Shown: piece after piece, positions 50,140-59,827 of the stretch
How the letters are laid out: each line of letters begins with the position of its first letter
Numbering within the stretch: position 1 is the first letter of the stretch
Origin: an uncultured Acidimicrobiales bacterium
GTDB taxonomy: Bacteria > Actinomycetota > Acidimicrobiia > Acidimicrobiales > UBA10347
DNA: 64,000 nt
Reading direction: 5' to 3'
NCBI GenBank assembly: GCA_943788915.1
Contig: CALSSD010000002.1
Span: 60,265 to 124,264, forward strand
The notes under the pieces: model-generated
The model's database searches: none
Seen by the model: the letters and a program-made list of their open reading frames with translations, nothing else
Told to the model about the DNA's origin: nothing
Translations under genes and position numbers: made by a program

Positions 50140-50772
50140 TTATGTGCCGTTCGCACGAATGGCTTGCACTGCGATAGAGATCTGCGCAGCCGCAACTGCC
50201 GTCATCATGAACGCACCACCGGGCGACTCGTTCTCAAAGACCGAGTTGCGAGCCTGGTTCCATGCCGACCAGGAGCCGATCGCGAGCAGCACATCGATGA
50301 GCGACATAATCAACGCCGGTATGAACACCATAAGCGGGCGTTCTTTGAGCGCTCCCACAAACTGGAAACCCACCAGCAGAGCGCCGATCGCCACAAAGAA
50401 GACGATCACGGCGATGGCTGCGCCAACGAGTCCGTCGAGTCCGAACCCCAACTCACCGAAATCATCATCGATACTGCGAGAAGCTGCCGCCAGGAAGATA
50501 GCTGCGATCAGCCCAAGGACGAGAGGGATGGCCTTCAGCACTGAGACAACGATTGCCACCGTCTTCAGCGCCGCTGAAAACCGTAACGGCGCAACTACCG
50601 GCCCGCCCCCATACGTGTACTCGCCGTATGGCGGCGGCGGAACCACCTGTGGGGCTAGTGATGGTTCGAACACCGGATCGCCGATCCATCCATTGCCGTC
50701 CCAATACCGCTGGGTACCAGGTGGGTCACCCGCTGCGTTGTACCAACCCGGTTCAGCCACGATCGCCTCCAA
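50140..50772 (-). CDS. DUF2510-domain membrane protein
   Basis: N-terminal 'GWYNAAGDPPGTQRYWDGNGW' (DUF2510), a Pro-rich linker, and four predicted TM helices. Confidence 0.7.
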   Translation of the reverse strand: MEAIVAEPGWYNAAGDPPGTQRYWDGNGWIGDPVFEPSLAPQVVPPPPYGEYTYGGGPVVAPLRFSAALKTVAIVVSVLKAIPLVLGLIAAIFLAAASRSIDDDFGELGFGLDGLVGAAIAVIVFFVAIGALLVGFQFVGALKERPLMVFIPALIMSLIDVLLAIGSWSAWNQARNSVFENESPGGAFMMTAVAAAQISIAVQAIRANGT

Positions 50773-50847
50773 CTGTCGCCCATGTCCGCAACTCAGCTCA
50801 AAGTAGACGACGAGCGCCGTGACTGGACGATCGGCTGGAGTAGGTAA

Positions 50848-51141
50848 CTACCGGTCGATCTCCAGCCAATGCCGGTTGATCTGGACGACTTCGGTATCGA
50901 CCGCCTCCCAAATGAAACGTTCTACCTGGTCGGCGAGTTTCTCGACCATCGACACGTGGCCACTTACCAAGGCAATACCAAGCTCACATCGTTGCCATGT
51001 GTCATGGTGAGCGACCTCGGCCACACTCGCGTCGAAGCGGCTGCGCAAGCCGTCGATGACGGGCTTGCGCAGCATGCGCTTCTCTTTCAACGAATGACTC
51101 GACGGAAACCGCAGATCTACCTGCAGAGCGAGGACATACAT
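50848..51141 (-). CDS. DUF503 (YlxP-like) protein
   Basis: 97 aa with 'LQVDLRFPSSHSLKEKR'. Conserved position between infB and rbfA. Confidence 0.85.
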   Translation of the reverse strand: MYVLALQVDLRFPSSHSLKEKRMLRKPVIDGLRSRFDASVAEVAHHDTWQRCELGIALVSGHVSMVEKLADQVERFIWEAVDTEVVQINRHWLEIDR

Positions 51142-51148
51142 TGCCGAG

Positions 51149-54098
51149 TTAGGTGCGAGGAACCTCGACGTCTTCGTAGGTTTCGATGATGTCGCCTGGG
51201 ATCAGCTCTTGGAAGTCGCTGAGACCCACACCACATTCGAACCCGGCGCGGACTTCGGTGACATCGTCGGTGAACCGCTTGAGCGATGTCAGGGTGCCAT
51301 GCCAGATGACGGTGCCGTTGCGCAAGAAGCGGACCTTGTCGTTGCGTGTGATTACGCCGCTTTGGACCAAACAACCGGCAACGTTGCCAGCAGACTTGGT
51401 CTTGAAGACCTCGCGTACTTCGGCTTCGCCAGTGACAACTTCTTTGAACTCGGGCTCGAGCATGCCAATGACGGCTGCTTCGATGTCCTCGATGACCTTG
51501 TAGATGATCTCGTAGGTGCGAATCTCGACACCCTCTTGATCTGCAATCGCTCGCACACCACGATCAGGTCGGGTGTTGAAGGCAATAATCGTTGCACCAG
51601 CAGCTTGGGCCAGTGTGACGTCGCTTTCGGCTGGTGGCCCAACGGCCTTGTGCAGGAAGTTGATCTTGACCTCGGGTCGTTCGAGACCGGCCAGGCTGTC
51701 GGCCAGTGCTTCGAGCGAACCATGCGTATCGGCACGGATGATGAGTTCGAGCTTGGCAGCTTCGCCGATCTGAACATCGCTGAACAGATCCTCGAGCTTT
51801 GCACCACTAGCGCCACCAGCGCCTTCACGGGCAATGCTGGCAACTCGGCGGTAATGCGCCCGAGTGTCGGCGACCTTGCCTGCAGTCTTTTCGTCCTGAG
51901 CAATAACGAACTCGTCGCCGGCTCGGGGAACATCGCTGAGACCAAGTACCTGTACAGGCATTGATGGGCCAGCAATCTTGATGCGCTCACCACGATCATT
52001 GATCAAGGCACGCACGCGGCCCCAGGTGCCGCCAGCCACAAGTGGCTGTCCGACTTCGACCTGACCCTGTTGAACCAGGATGGTCGCAACGGGACCCTTA
52101 CCAACTTCGATGTTGGACTCAAGCACGACACCAGCAGCACGGCCGGTAGCGGGAGCGGTGAGCTCTTCGACCTCGGCAACCAATTGAATGGCGTCGAGCA
52201 AGGCATCAATGTTGTCGTTCTGCAATGCAGAAATCTTGACCATTACCGTGTCGCCGCCCCACTCCTCAGGGACAAGACCCTGCTCGGAGAGACCGTTCAT
52301 TACCCGGTCGGGGTTGGCTGCTTCGCGGTCCATCTTGTTGATAGCAACAATGATCGGCACGTCTGCGGCTTTGGCGTGGTTGATTGCTTCGATCGTCTGA
52401 GGCATAACACCATCGTCGGCGGCAACCACCAGGACAACGATGTCAGTGGCTTCGGCACCTCGGGCACGAATTGCGGTAAACGCAGCGTGACCAGGTGTAT
52501 CGATGAACGTAAGTGCGCCACTATCGCGTTCGACCATGTAAGCGCCGATGTGCTGGGTGATGCCACCGGCTTCACCGGCGACGACGTTTGCATTACGAAT
52601 GGTGTCGAGCAGTTTGGTCTTGCCGTGGTCGACGTGGCCCATGATCGTGATGACCGGCGGGCGTGTTACACCTTCTCGTTCATCGAGATCGTCGACGTCG
52701 AGCATGTCGCGCATTTCTTCTTCGCGCTCTTCGCCTGGATCGACAAGGCGGACATCGGCGCCAATCGACTCAGCAAATCCAAGGACCTGCTCATCGGTCA
52801 GCGTCTGTGTGGCCATGACCATTTCGCCGCTTTGCAGCAGGAAACGAACAATATCGGCACCGGTGCGGTCCAGCTTTGGACCGACCTCTTGCGCGCTTCC
52901 GTTGCGCTCGATCATGATCGTGCCAGACGGAACCGGCGCACCCTCAGGGGTGTACGTCGGGACGTCTACAGGACGCAATTCCTCGAGTGAACGACGACGA
53001 CGACGGCTGCGACGACGTGGTGGGCGACGGTTGTTACCGCGACCACCAGGACCGCCGGGACGACCGCCACCTGGACGTGGAGGACCGCCACCAGGAGCAG
53101 GGGCTCCGCCGCCACCAGGGCGAGGAGCACCGCCTCCGCCACCAGGGCGGGAGAAGCCACCGGGGCGGCCTCCAGGACGGTTTGCAGGAGCGGGGCCACG
53201 TCCACCGAGACCGGGAGGTGGCGGGATGGGCTTGCCAGATGCACTCTTTGGTGGACCTGGCGGAGGTGGAATGGGCTTACCAGACGCCGAGCGAGGCACG
53301 CTTGATGGATCAGGACGGCGAGGTCCTGCATCCTTGCCCTTAGGGCCTGGCTTAGACTCGCCACCAGGAGCTGCGGGCTTGGCCTCAGCGGTGGGCGCAG
53401 CGGGCTTCGCTGGTGGCGCAGCGGCAGGCGGAGCTGCAGCCGGAGGCCGAGATGGGCCACTAGAGCCACTCGATGTGACGACACGCTTTGGAGGCGCCCC
53501 ACCCGGAGGCGGGCTGGTCGGCACAGGGGCTGCGGGTACGGTTGGCACAGCAGGCGGAGCAGCCGGTGGCGGGGTTGCCGCGGTCGGGGCTGCCGCTGTC
53601 GGGGCTGCCGGAGCTTGCGCCACAGGAGCAGGGCGGAGCAGGCGCTGCCGGAGCCGGGGCTGCCGGGGCTTGTGCCGCCGGGGCTGCCGGAGCTTGCGCA
53701 GGCGCTGCCGGAGCAGGCGTTGGCCGCGGTCCAGGAGGCGGCGTTGTTGGCACCGGAGCCGCCTGACCTACAGGTCGTTGTGGGGGCCGGTCTGGAGCGG
53801 GGCGTCGAGGGGCAGCTGACCCGGGTGGAGGTGGCACGCGGCGCGGCGGTGGCTTCCGGGTGGAAATCACAGATTTCGGCGCTTCGGCGGGCTTGTCTTC
53901 GGGCTCGTCATCGACGATTGGCTCGCGGCGGAGGCCTTCGCGATCGGCCTTACGCCGGGCGCGGTCAGCGTGTGCTTCTTCCATAGAGGAAGAAGCACTC
54001 TTGACACCAATGCCAAGCGATTCGCATAGTGCGAGGGTTTCTGCGTTATCTAGCCCAAGTTCACGAGCGAGCTCGTAGACCCGTACTTTCTTAGCCAA
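51149..54098 (-). pseudogene. infB: Translation initiation factor IF-2; frame broken in the Pro/Ala-rich N-terminal region at 53631-53633 (probable sequencing error)
   Basis: N-terminal 'MAKKVRVYELARELGLDN' is the ORF from 54098. The GTPase and C-terminal domains ('[14 protein letters not shown]', 'DTPGHAAF', 'NKMD') lie in the ORF ending at 51149. The frames join at a run of three C on the coding strand. Confidence 0.9.
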
Positions 54099-54222
54099 GT
54101 GGCTGAATTCCTTGTTCGTCGGTGTGGTGTTCGCAAAGCGTCTTCGCGATCGGTGTTAAGACGCGCCGACCCGGGAGTTGGCGTTTCTCTGGCCTAGCGT
54201 CGCGCTCCCGATAACCAGATGG

Positions 54223-54507
54223 CTATTGGGGCGGTTTATCAAGCCAGCCCAGCAGGGTATCAGCGCAGACTGCATCGGCGAGTTTTGAGCGCAAAGCTCT
54301 AGAAAATGCTTTTGTCTTGCCAGCGGTCACAACGCACTGCTCGTCGTGACACAACCATGCCCCTCGTCCGTGCCCCCGTTCGTTGATCACCACATCACCG
54401 TTGATGACAGCAACACGAACGAGGGCATGATCGGGTCGTCGCGTCCGACAGCCGATGCATGTTCGCACCGGCCCTGACGGCTTCGCCGCCGGAGTACTTT
54501 CAGACAT
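54223..54507 (-). CDS. YlxR-family (DUF448) RNA-binding protein
   Basis: 'VRTCIGCRTRRPDHALVRV' and 'GRGAWLC'. Conserved nusA-ylxR-infB position. Start trimmed to MSESTPA. Confidence 0.85.
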   Translation of the reverse strand: MSESTPAAKPSGPVRTCIGCRTRRPDHALVRVAVINGDVVINERGHGRGAWLCHDEQCVVTAGKTKAFSRALRSKLADAVCADTLLGWLDKPPQ

Positions 54508-54551
54508 GATCAGTTCAGAAGGCAGCAACCAGCGTTACTTCTGCTGTTCTT

Positions 54552-55724
54552 CTACTCTTCTTCGTCGCTCGATGACGTGCCTGAATCCGTTGCAGCTGTG
54601 TCTGCATCTGCGTTGTTCGCAGCGACCATTTGTTCCCACTCAATCGAGGAAATGGCATCGCCGCCTGCAGCTGGTTGCCACATCTGCTCGCCGGTCTCAT
54701 CGTCGGTGATCCATTCACCGGCGGCCCAATCAATTTCCGAGTAGGCCTTCTCTTCGGCCATCTCGGTTTCGCTCTTGATGTCGACACGCCAGCCGGTCAG
54801 ACGTGCAGCAAGACGCGCATTCTGGCCTTCTTTACCGATCGCCAGCGATAGCTGATAGTCGGGAACAACCACGGTCGCAGTGCCAGTGGTCTCGTCCAGC
54901 AGGACCTCTTTGACCTTGGCCGGCGACAGCGCCTTCATGACGAAGTCCTGGGTGTTCTCGCTGAACGGGACGATGTCGATCTTCTCGCCCTTCATCTCGT
55001 TCACGATCATGCGCACCCGGCTACCCCGGGCGCCCACACAGGCGCCGACAGGGTCGACGTTTTCGTCGTTGGAGCGCACTGCGATCTTGGTGCGATGTCC
55101 AGGCTCACGGGCGCACGCCATGATTTCGACGATGCCGTCGGCAATTTCAGGAACTTCGAGTTCGAACATGCGCTTGATCAGGCCGGGGTGGGTGCGGCTG
55201 ACCACGATCTGTGGACCCTTGGGGGTTTTTCGAACCTCGACGATGTACGCCTTGAGGCGGGTGTTCGGATCCGGGCGCTCGTGGGGAACCTGCTCGGCTT
55301 GGGGCAGCAATGCTTCGACTCGACCGAGATCGAGGAGCGTGTACCGACTGTCGGTCTGTTGAATGATGCCGGTGACGATGTCGCCCTCGCGGCCCGCGTA
55401 TTCTTCGTACTTGAGCTCGCGCTCGGCCTCGCGGATGCGCTGCGACATGACCTGACGGGTCGTCTGGGCCGCGATACGACCGAAATCGTCGGGCGTGACT
55501 TCGAATTCCTCGCCGAAAGGGTCGCCGTACTCATCAAGTTCTTGCGCGAAGACGCGGAACTCCATGGTGTCAGGGTCAATGGTGACCCAGGAGTATTCCC
55601 ATGCATCAGGGCGGCGCTTGTACGCGGACTCCAGTGCATCGGCGAGCGCTGCGAACAGTGTCTCGATCGTGAGACCACGTTCGGTCGCGACTGCCTGCAG
55701 TGCTTCCATCATGTCTTGATTCAT
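54552..55724 (-). CDS. nusA: Transcription termination/antitermination factor NusA
   Basis: N-terminal domain, S1 ('[21 protein letters not shown]') and KH1/KH2 ('[14 protein letters not shown]', '[18 protein letters not shown]'). Acidic tail. Confidence 0.95.
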   Translation of the reverse strand: MNQDMMEALQAVATERGLTIETLFAALADALESAYKRRPDAWEYSWVTIDPDTMEFRVFAQELDEYGDPFGEEFEVTPDDFGRIAAQTTRQVMSQRIREAERELKYEEYAGREGDIVTGIIQQTDSRYTLLDLGRVEALLPQAEQVPHERPDPNTRLKAYIVEVRKTPKGPQIVVSRTHPGLIKRMFELEVPEIADGIVEIMACAREPGHRTKIAVRSNDENVDPVGACVGARGSRVRMIVNEMKGEKIDIVPFSENTQDFVMKALSPAKVKEVLLDETTGTATVVVPDYQLSLAIGKEGQNARLAARLTGWRVDIKSETEMAEEKAYSEIDWAAGEWITDDETGEQMWQPAAGGDAISSIEWEQMVAANNADADTAATDSGTSSSDEEE

Positions 55725-56260
55725 GATTCTGAGCCTTTCGGGGATTCGTTTGAAGACCCGCCAGAGGCGGCCTTATTTGTGTTCTTCTTCGATGGGCCTT
55801 TGCCAGGTTTCGGCGCTGGGCCCCAGTCAAAGACGGTGTTCGCCTTTGCGATCTGTTCGTACGACAACGTGTGCACGCCGTCGTCGTTGGACAACGTGAT
55901 GCCGTCGTCGTCGGCGGAGGCGAGCTCACCTTTGACCCGGCGTAGATTCTCGGCATTCGGCTTGAGTTTGACGGCGATCTGTTCGCCGATCGAGCGGGTG
56001 TAATGCGGAGGTGTCCGTAGTTGTCGTTCGACCCCAGGGCTCGATACCTCGAGGGTGAAGGCACCATTAATTGGCTCTTGCAGGTCGATCTCATGGCTGA
56101 TCATGCGAGTCGCCTTGGTCAGCACCTCGGTGCCCAGGCCGTCGGGATGGTCGATAACGATCTTAAGTCGACCACCGGCGTAGACCAGGTCGACGAGTTC
56201 TAGTTCGAGTTCTTCGATGATTGGATCAACCACCGCGTGGGCTCGTTCTTCTGCTGCCAT
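55721..56260 (-). CDS. rimP: Ribosome maturation factor RimP
   Basis: 'LELVDLVY', 'LEVSSPGVERQLR'. GGAGGTG Shine-Dalgarno sequence 6 nt upstream of the ATG. ATGA-type overlap with nusA. Confidence 0.9.
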   Translation of the reverse strand: MAAEERAHAVVDPIIEELELELVDLVYAGGRLKIVIDHPDGLGTEVLTKATRMISHEIDLQEPINGAFTLEVSSPGVERQLRTPPHYTRSIGEQIAVKLKPNAENLRRVKGELASADDDGITLSNDDGVHTLSYEQIAKANTVFDWGPAPKPGKGPSKKNTNKAASGGSSNESPKGSES

Positions 56261-56284
56261 CGTTCACCTCCAGATTCAACAAGT

Positions 56285-56321
56285 GGAAAAACGAAGAGCG
56301 TGGACAAATTGCCCACGCTCT
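56285..56321 (-). terminator. Intrinsic terminator/attenuator hairpin 25 nt upstream of the rimP start
   Basis: On the minus strand: AGAGCGTGG-gcaatttgt-CCACGCTCT followed by TCGTTTTTCC. Confidence 0.55.
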
Positions 56322-56540
56322 GAACCGATCTACCAATCAATTATTCAGGGCTACGCCACTATACCCCTCACAAGGTGAGGGAGACCACGAGTGTTCGCTG
56401 CTGGTCGGTCTCGACCAGCACCACCGCTGCCCGACGGAGATGACACAACTCGAATCACCTCGGTCGGCGAACCCTGCACGCCGGCGTCAGCGAAAGTTCC
56501 GGCCAGACACGCTTGGGCCCGACCGCTGCCGTCGGCTCCC

Positions 56541-56571
56541 ACCGTGTGGATCACACCGTGTGGATCACACC
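56541..56571 (+). repeat. Tandem 14-nt repeat ACCGTGTGGATCAC x2.2
   Basis: Exact copies at 56541-56554 and 56555-56568, then a partial ACC. Confidence 0.9.
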
Positions 56572-56640
56572 TGCGCCAAGGTCAAAGATGCACCACTGGT
56601 TGCCGCATCGTCCGAGCGCATCGACGGTATCGAAGCCTTC

Positions 56641-56698
56641 GATCACCAAGACAATGGATCACCAAGACAATGGATCACCGGGGACAATGGATCAACGG
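56641..56698 (+). repeat. Tandem 16/17-nt repeat GATCACCAAGACAATG x3.5
   Basis: Exact copies at 56641-56656 and 56657-56672. Variant GATCACCGGGGACAATG at 56673-56689. Partial GATCAACGG at 56690-56698. Confidence 0.9.
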
Positions 56699-56756
56699 AG
56701 TCGGTAGCCGATCCCGGATCATCGAGGCCTCGATCGCCTAGCTCGAGCAGCACCCA

Positions 56757-57977
56757 TCAGCGTTTGCGGATGAGGTCAACCTTGGCTTCGGCGTCGTTGA
56801 CGTCGTCGCCTTGCTTTTCGAGCAACATGTCGCGATCACGATCAGCTTCGCGTTTTGCCTTAACGGTGTCGGCTCGGGCCAGCGCTGCTTCGGCACCGTG
56901 TTCGTGCATAAATTCGGCCCACTCGACCAAAGCATCGACCATCTCGTCTTCGGGCACCACTGCGACGTTCTGACCCTTGACAAACAGATGACCACGCTTG
57001 TTGCCAGCGGCAATGCCGAGGTCCGCATCGCGTGCTTCGCCCGGACCATTCACTACGCAGCCCATGACTGCGACCTGCAGTGGGATCTTTCGTTCACCGA
57101 AGGCTTCAAGGGCCCGATTGGCCACGTCGTAGACATCGATCTCTGCCCGTCCACACGATGGGCATGCGATCAGATCCACGTTCTTGCGTTCGCGCAAACC
57201 CATCGACTCAAGCAGAGTTCGGCCAGCACGTGCTTCCTGCACCGGGTCGGCGGTGAGTGAATACCGGATGGTGTCGCCAATACCTTCGGCCAACAACGTG
57301 GCGATACCGGCGGTGGACTTGATCAGACCGTTTGGTGGCGGACCAGCTTCGGTTACACCCAGGTGCAAAGGATGATCGGTGACATCGCTCAGCTTGCGGT
57401 ACGCCTCGATCATGAGCGGCACGCTTGACGCCTTGACCGAGATCTTGATGTCTTCGAAGCCGACCTCGTCGAAGTACGCCATTTCTTGCTGTGCGGATTC
57501 AACCATGGCATCGGCGGTAACCGTGCCCCCGTACTTCTCGTACAGGTCCGGGTGCAAGGAGCCGCCATTCACCCCGATACGGATAGGCACACCCTTCTCG
57601 CCGCAGGCTTCGGCCACGGTCTTGATGTGTTCTGGTTTGCGAATATTGCCCGGGTTCAGACGCAGACAATGCACGCCAGCATCCAGTGCTGCAAGAGCCA
57701 TCTTGTACTGGTGATGGATGTCCGCAATGATCGGGACCGGCGACCGGGGCACGATCTGGGCCAAACCTTCAGCGGCGGCTCGCTCGTTACAGGTGCACCG
57801 CACGATGTCGGCTCCAGCCGCAGCTAATGCATAAATCTGCTGCAGCGTTCCTTCGACATCGGATGTCTTGGTGGTCGTCATCGACTGCACCGTTATCGGC
57901 GCACCGCCGCCCACCGGCACATTGCCCACCATGATTTGGCGGGTAATGCGACGTTCACTTACAGGCGTGATGTCCAC
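56757..57977 (-). CDS. ispG: 4-hydroxy-3-methylbut-2-en-1-yl diphosphate synthase
   Basis: 'VGNVPVGGGAPITVQSMT', 'RLNPGN' and 'LIACPSCGR...GCVVNGPGEA'. Charged C-terminal extension of about 50 aa. Confidence 0.95.
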   Translation of the reverse strand: MDITPVSERRITRQIMVGNVPVGGGAPITVQSMTTTKTSDVEGTLQQIYALAAAGADIVRCTCNERAAAEGLAQIVPRSPVPIIADIHHQYKMALAALDAGVHCLRLNPGNIRKPEHIKTVAEACGEKGVPIRIGVNGGSLHPDLYEKYGGTVTADAMVESAQQEMAYFDEVGFEDIKISVKASSVPLMIEAYRKLSDVTDHPLHLGVTEAGPPPNGLIKSTAGIATLLAEGIGDTIRYSLTADPVQEARAGRTLLESMGLRERKNVDLIACPSCGRAEIDVYDVANRALEAFGERKIPLQVAVMGCVVNGPGEARDADLGIAAGNKRGHLFVKGQNVAVVPEDEMVDALVEWAEFMHEHGAEAALARADTVKAKREADRDRDMLLEKQGDDVNDAEAKVDLIRKR

Positions 57978-58016
57978 GAGGGGTCTCCGTTTCAGCTGGG
58001 TGAGCTACACCCAGCT

Positions 58017-59812
58017 CTACCAGGAGAAGATATCGAGTGTTGTCGTCCACAAGCCGAGTCCAACCAAGAACAGGATGACAACCCAGGTGACGGGAACCAG
58101 TTTTGCAGCGTCGACCCGGTGTGGTTTGCGAGTAACCAGCTCACGGCTGCGCTCATAGGTGGCAATCGCTGCATGGCCACCGTCGAGGGGCAATAGCGGC
58201 ACCAGATTAAAGATGCCGATGAAGATGTTCACCACTGCGAACAAGAACACCACCTGATCTGCTGACTCGCTGCACGAGATAAGGCGGCCGATGCCGACTA
58301 CCGATAATGGTCGATTCGTATCGGGACCATCACATTGTGAGGCTGGCACGTCGGTACGTGGCGTCGAGTTGATCTCGACAGAACGACGCATGATCTCGCC
58401 ATCGTCTCCCCCAACCCAGCTTGCGGGATTTGCAAGATCGACGAGTCCAACAATATTGACCTTGGCAATCGTGCCAAAGTCTGAAAAGCCGAACTGACGG
58501 AATCGCCAAAGCCGCGATCCGCTTCGGGTTCGAACGACGGTCCGACTCCGAAGAAACCACGAAACGGCGTGGAGCGGTTCAGTTCGACAGTCCCATCGAG
58601 TGTCACGGTGTCACCGCCACGGAGGACTTGGATACGCACAACCTCGCCGGCGTTATCGCTCAGGGCCTGCCGCAGCACGCTGTCGCTGACGAGGTCGGTG
58701 CCACCAAGGCGAAGCAGTCGATCGCCTTCTTCGACACCGAACAGGTCAAGGATCTTGGGGAGGTCTTCAGGCCGCTGAGCAGTGCCGGGCAACGACACGA
58801 TTTGCCCACCCCGAAGGACATCAATGCTGATGGTTTCGCCTTCGCGATCGCGTAGAAGTGTCGACAGCGCCACGTCGTCAGGGAACGCAACACCACCGGC
58901 GTTCAGGATCACGTCGCCGACCGCGATACCAAAGCGGTCAGCGGGGTCCTGGGGCCACACGAATGCGGCTTGGGCGCCGAGACCGGGAACTTCGTCGAGC
59001 ACACTCAGTCCGAAGCCGTCGAGCAACACATCCTCGGGACGGAGACCGAGGTCGCCGCTCAGTGCTTGTTCTTGGCCATCGCGACGAATCACGATCTCGA
59101 CGGGGCCATCTTCGAGGTTGCTAACGACTTCGCCAAACTCGTCCCAGTTCGCAAATGTCTCATCGTTCACCGACACGATGGTGTCGCCGACTTCGATGCC
59201 CAGTGCCGATGCCGTGGAGCCGGGAACCACCTGCGAAACCACCCACGGCGGACCATTGAACCCTTGGTAGCTGTAGGCGGCGAACAACACGACGAGGGCG
59301 ATCGTGGCCATCAAGAAGTGCATGGCCGAACCGGCACAGATGGTCATCATTCGCTGCCAGTACGGCTGGCTGCGGTAGGTCCGGTGTTCCTCGGCCGGGT
59401 TGATGTCGTCGAGGTTCGTCATGCCCATGATGCGGACATACGCCCCTGCGGGAATGCCCTTGACGCCGTATTCGGTCTCGCCCCGCTGGAACGACCAGAT
59501 CTTTGGGCCAAACCCGATGAAGAACTCGGTGACCTTCATGCCCGAGGCGCGAGCGGTGATGTAGTGGCCGAACTCGTGCATGAACAACATGAACAGGAGC
59601 CCGGCCAGGATGCCTGGAAACCACCAGCTGCGAAGGAAACCAATCGCCAGGATTACGCCGATGAAACCGAACAGCAGTGGCAGGCTTCCGTTGTTCGTGG
59701 CTGGCAGAGCCGCGTCGTCGGACGACTGGCCACCAAACGCCTTCTCCGACCATTGTGTAGGCGGCTGGTTGCTCAGATCGTCGGTTGCCGTCAGGTCCGA
59801 GAGCCTCGACAA
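58017..59812 (-). pseudogene. rseP: Site-2 (M50) zinc metalloprotease RseP/Rip1-like with PDZ domains; frame broken around 58480-58510 (probable sequencing error)
   Basis: 'FMHEFGHYITA' (HExxH) is in the ORF from 59812. The second motif 'NIFIGIFNLVPLLPLDGGH' is in the ORF ending at 58017. A plausible junction is 'GFGDSV|QFGFSDFGTIAKVNIVG'. Confidence 0.85.
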
Positions 59813-59827
59813 GCGTTGGGTCAGGTG

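Noticed and set aside
56541-56698. CRISPR array or replication origin call for the repeat cluster in the ispG-rimP spacer.
   Set aside because: The repeats are only 14-17 nt long and directly abutting, with no spacers and no cas genes, so this is not a CRISPR array. There is no dnaA or dnaN nearby and no AT-rich unwinding element, so I do not call it oriC. It is reported only as an unexplained repeat and binding-site array.
3124-58510. Programmed ribosomal frameshifting as the explanation for the seven split genes.
   Set aside because: There are no slippery heptamers or downstream structures. The shifts run in both directions (+1 and -1), occur in unrelated genes, and always sit at short homopolymers. 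Sequencing or assembly error is the simpler explanation.
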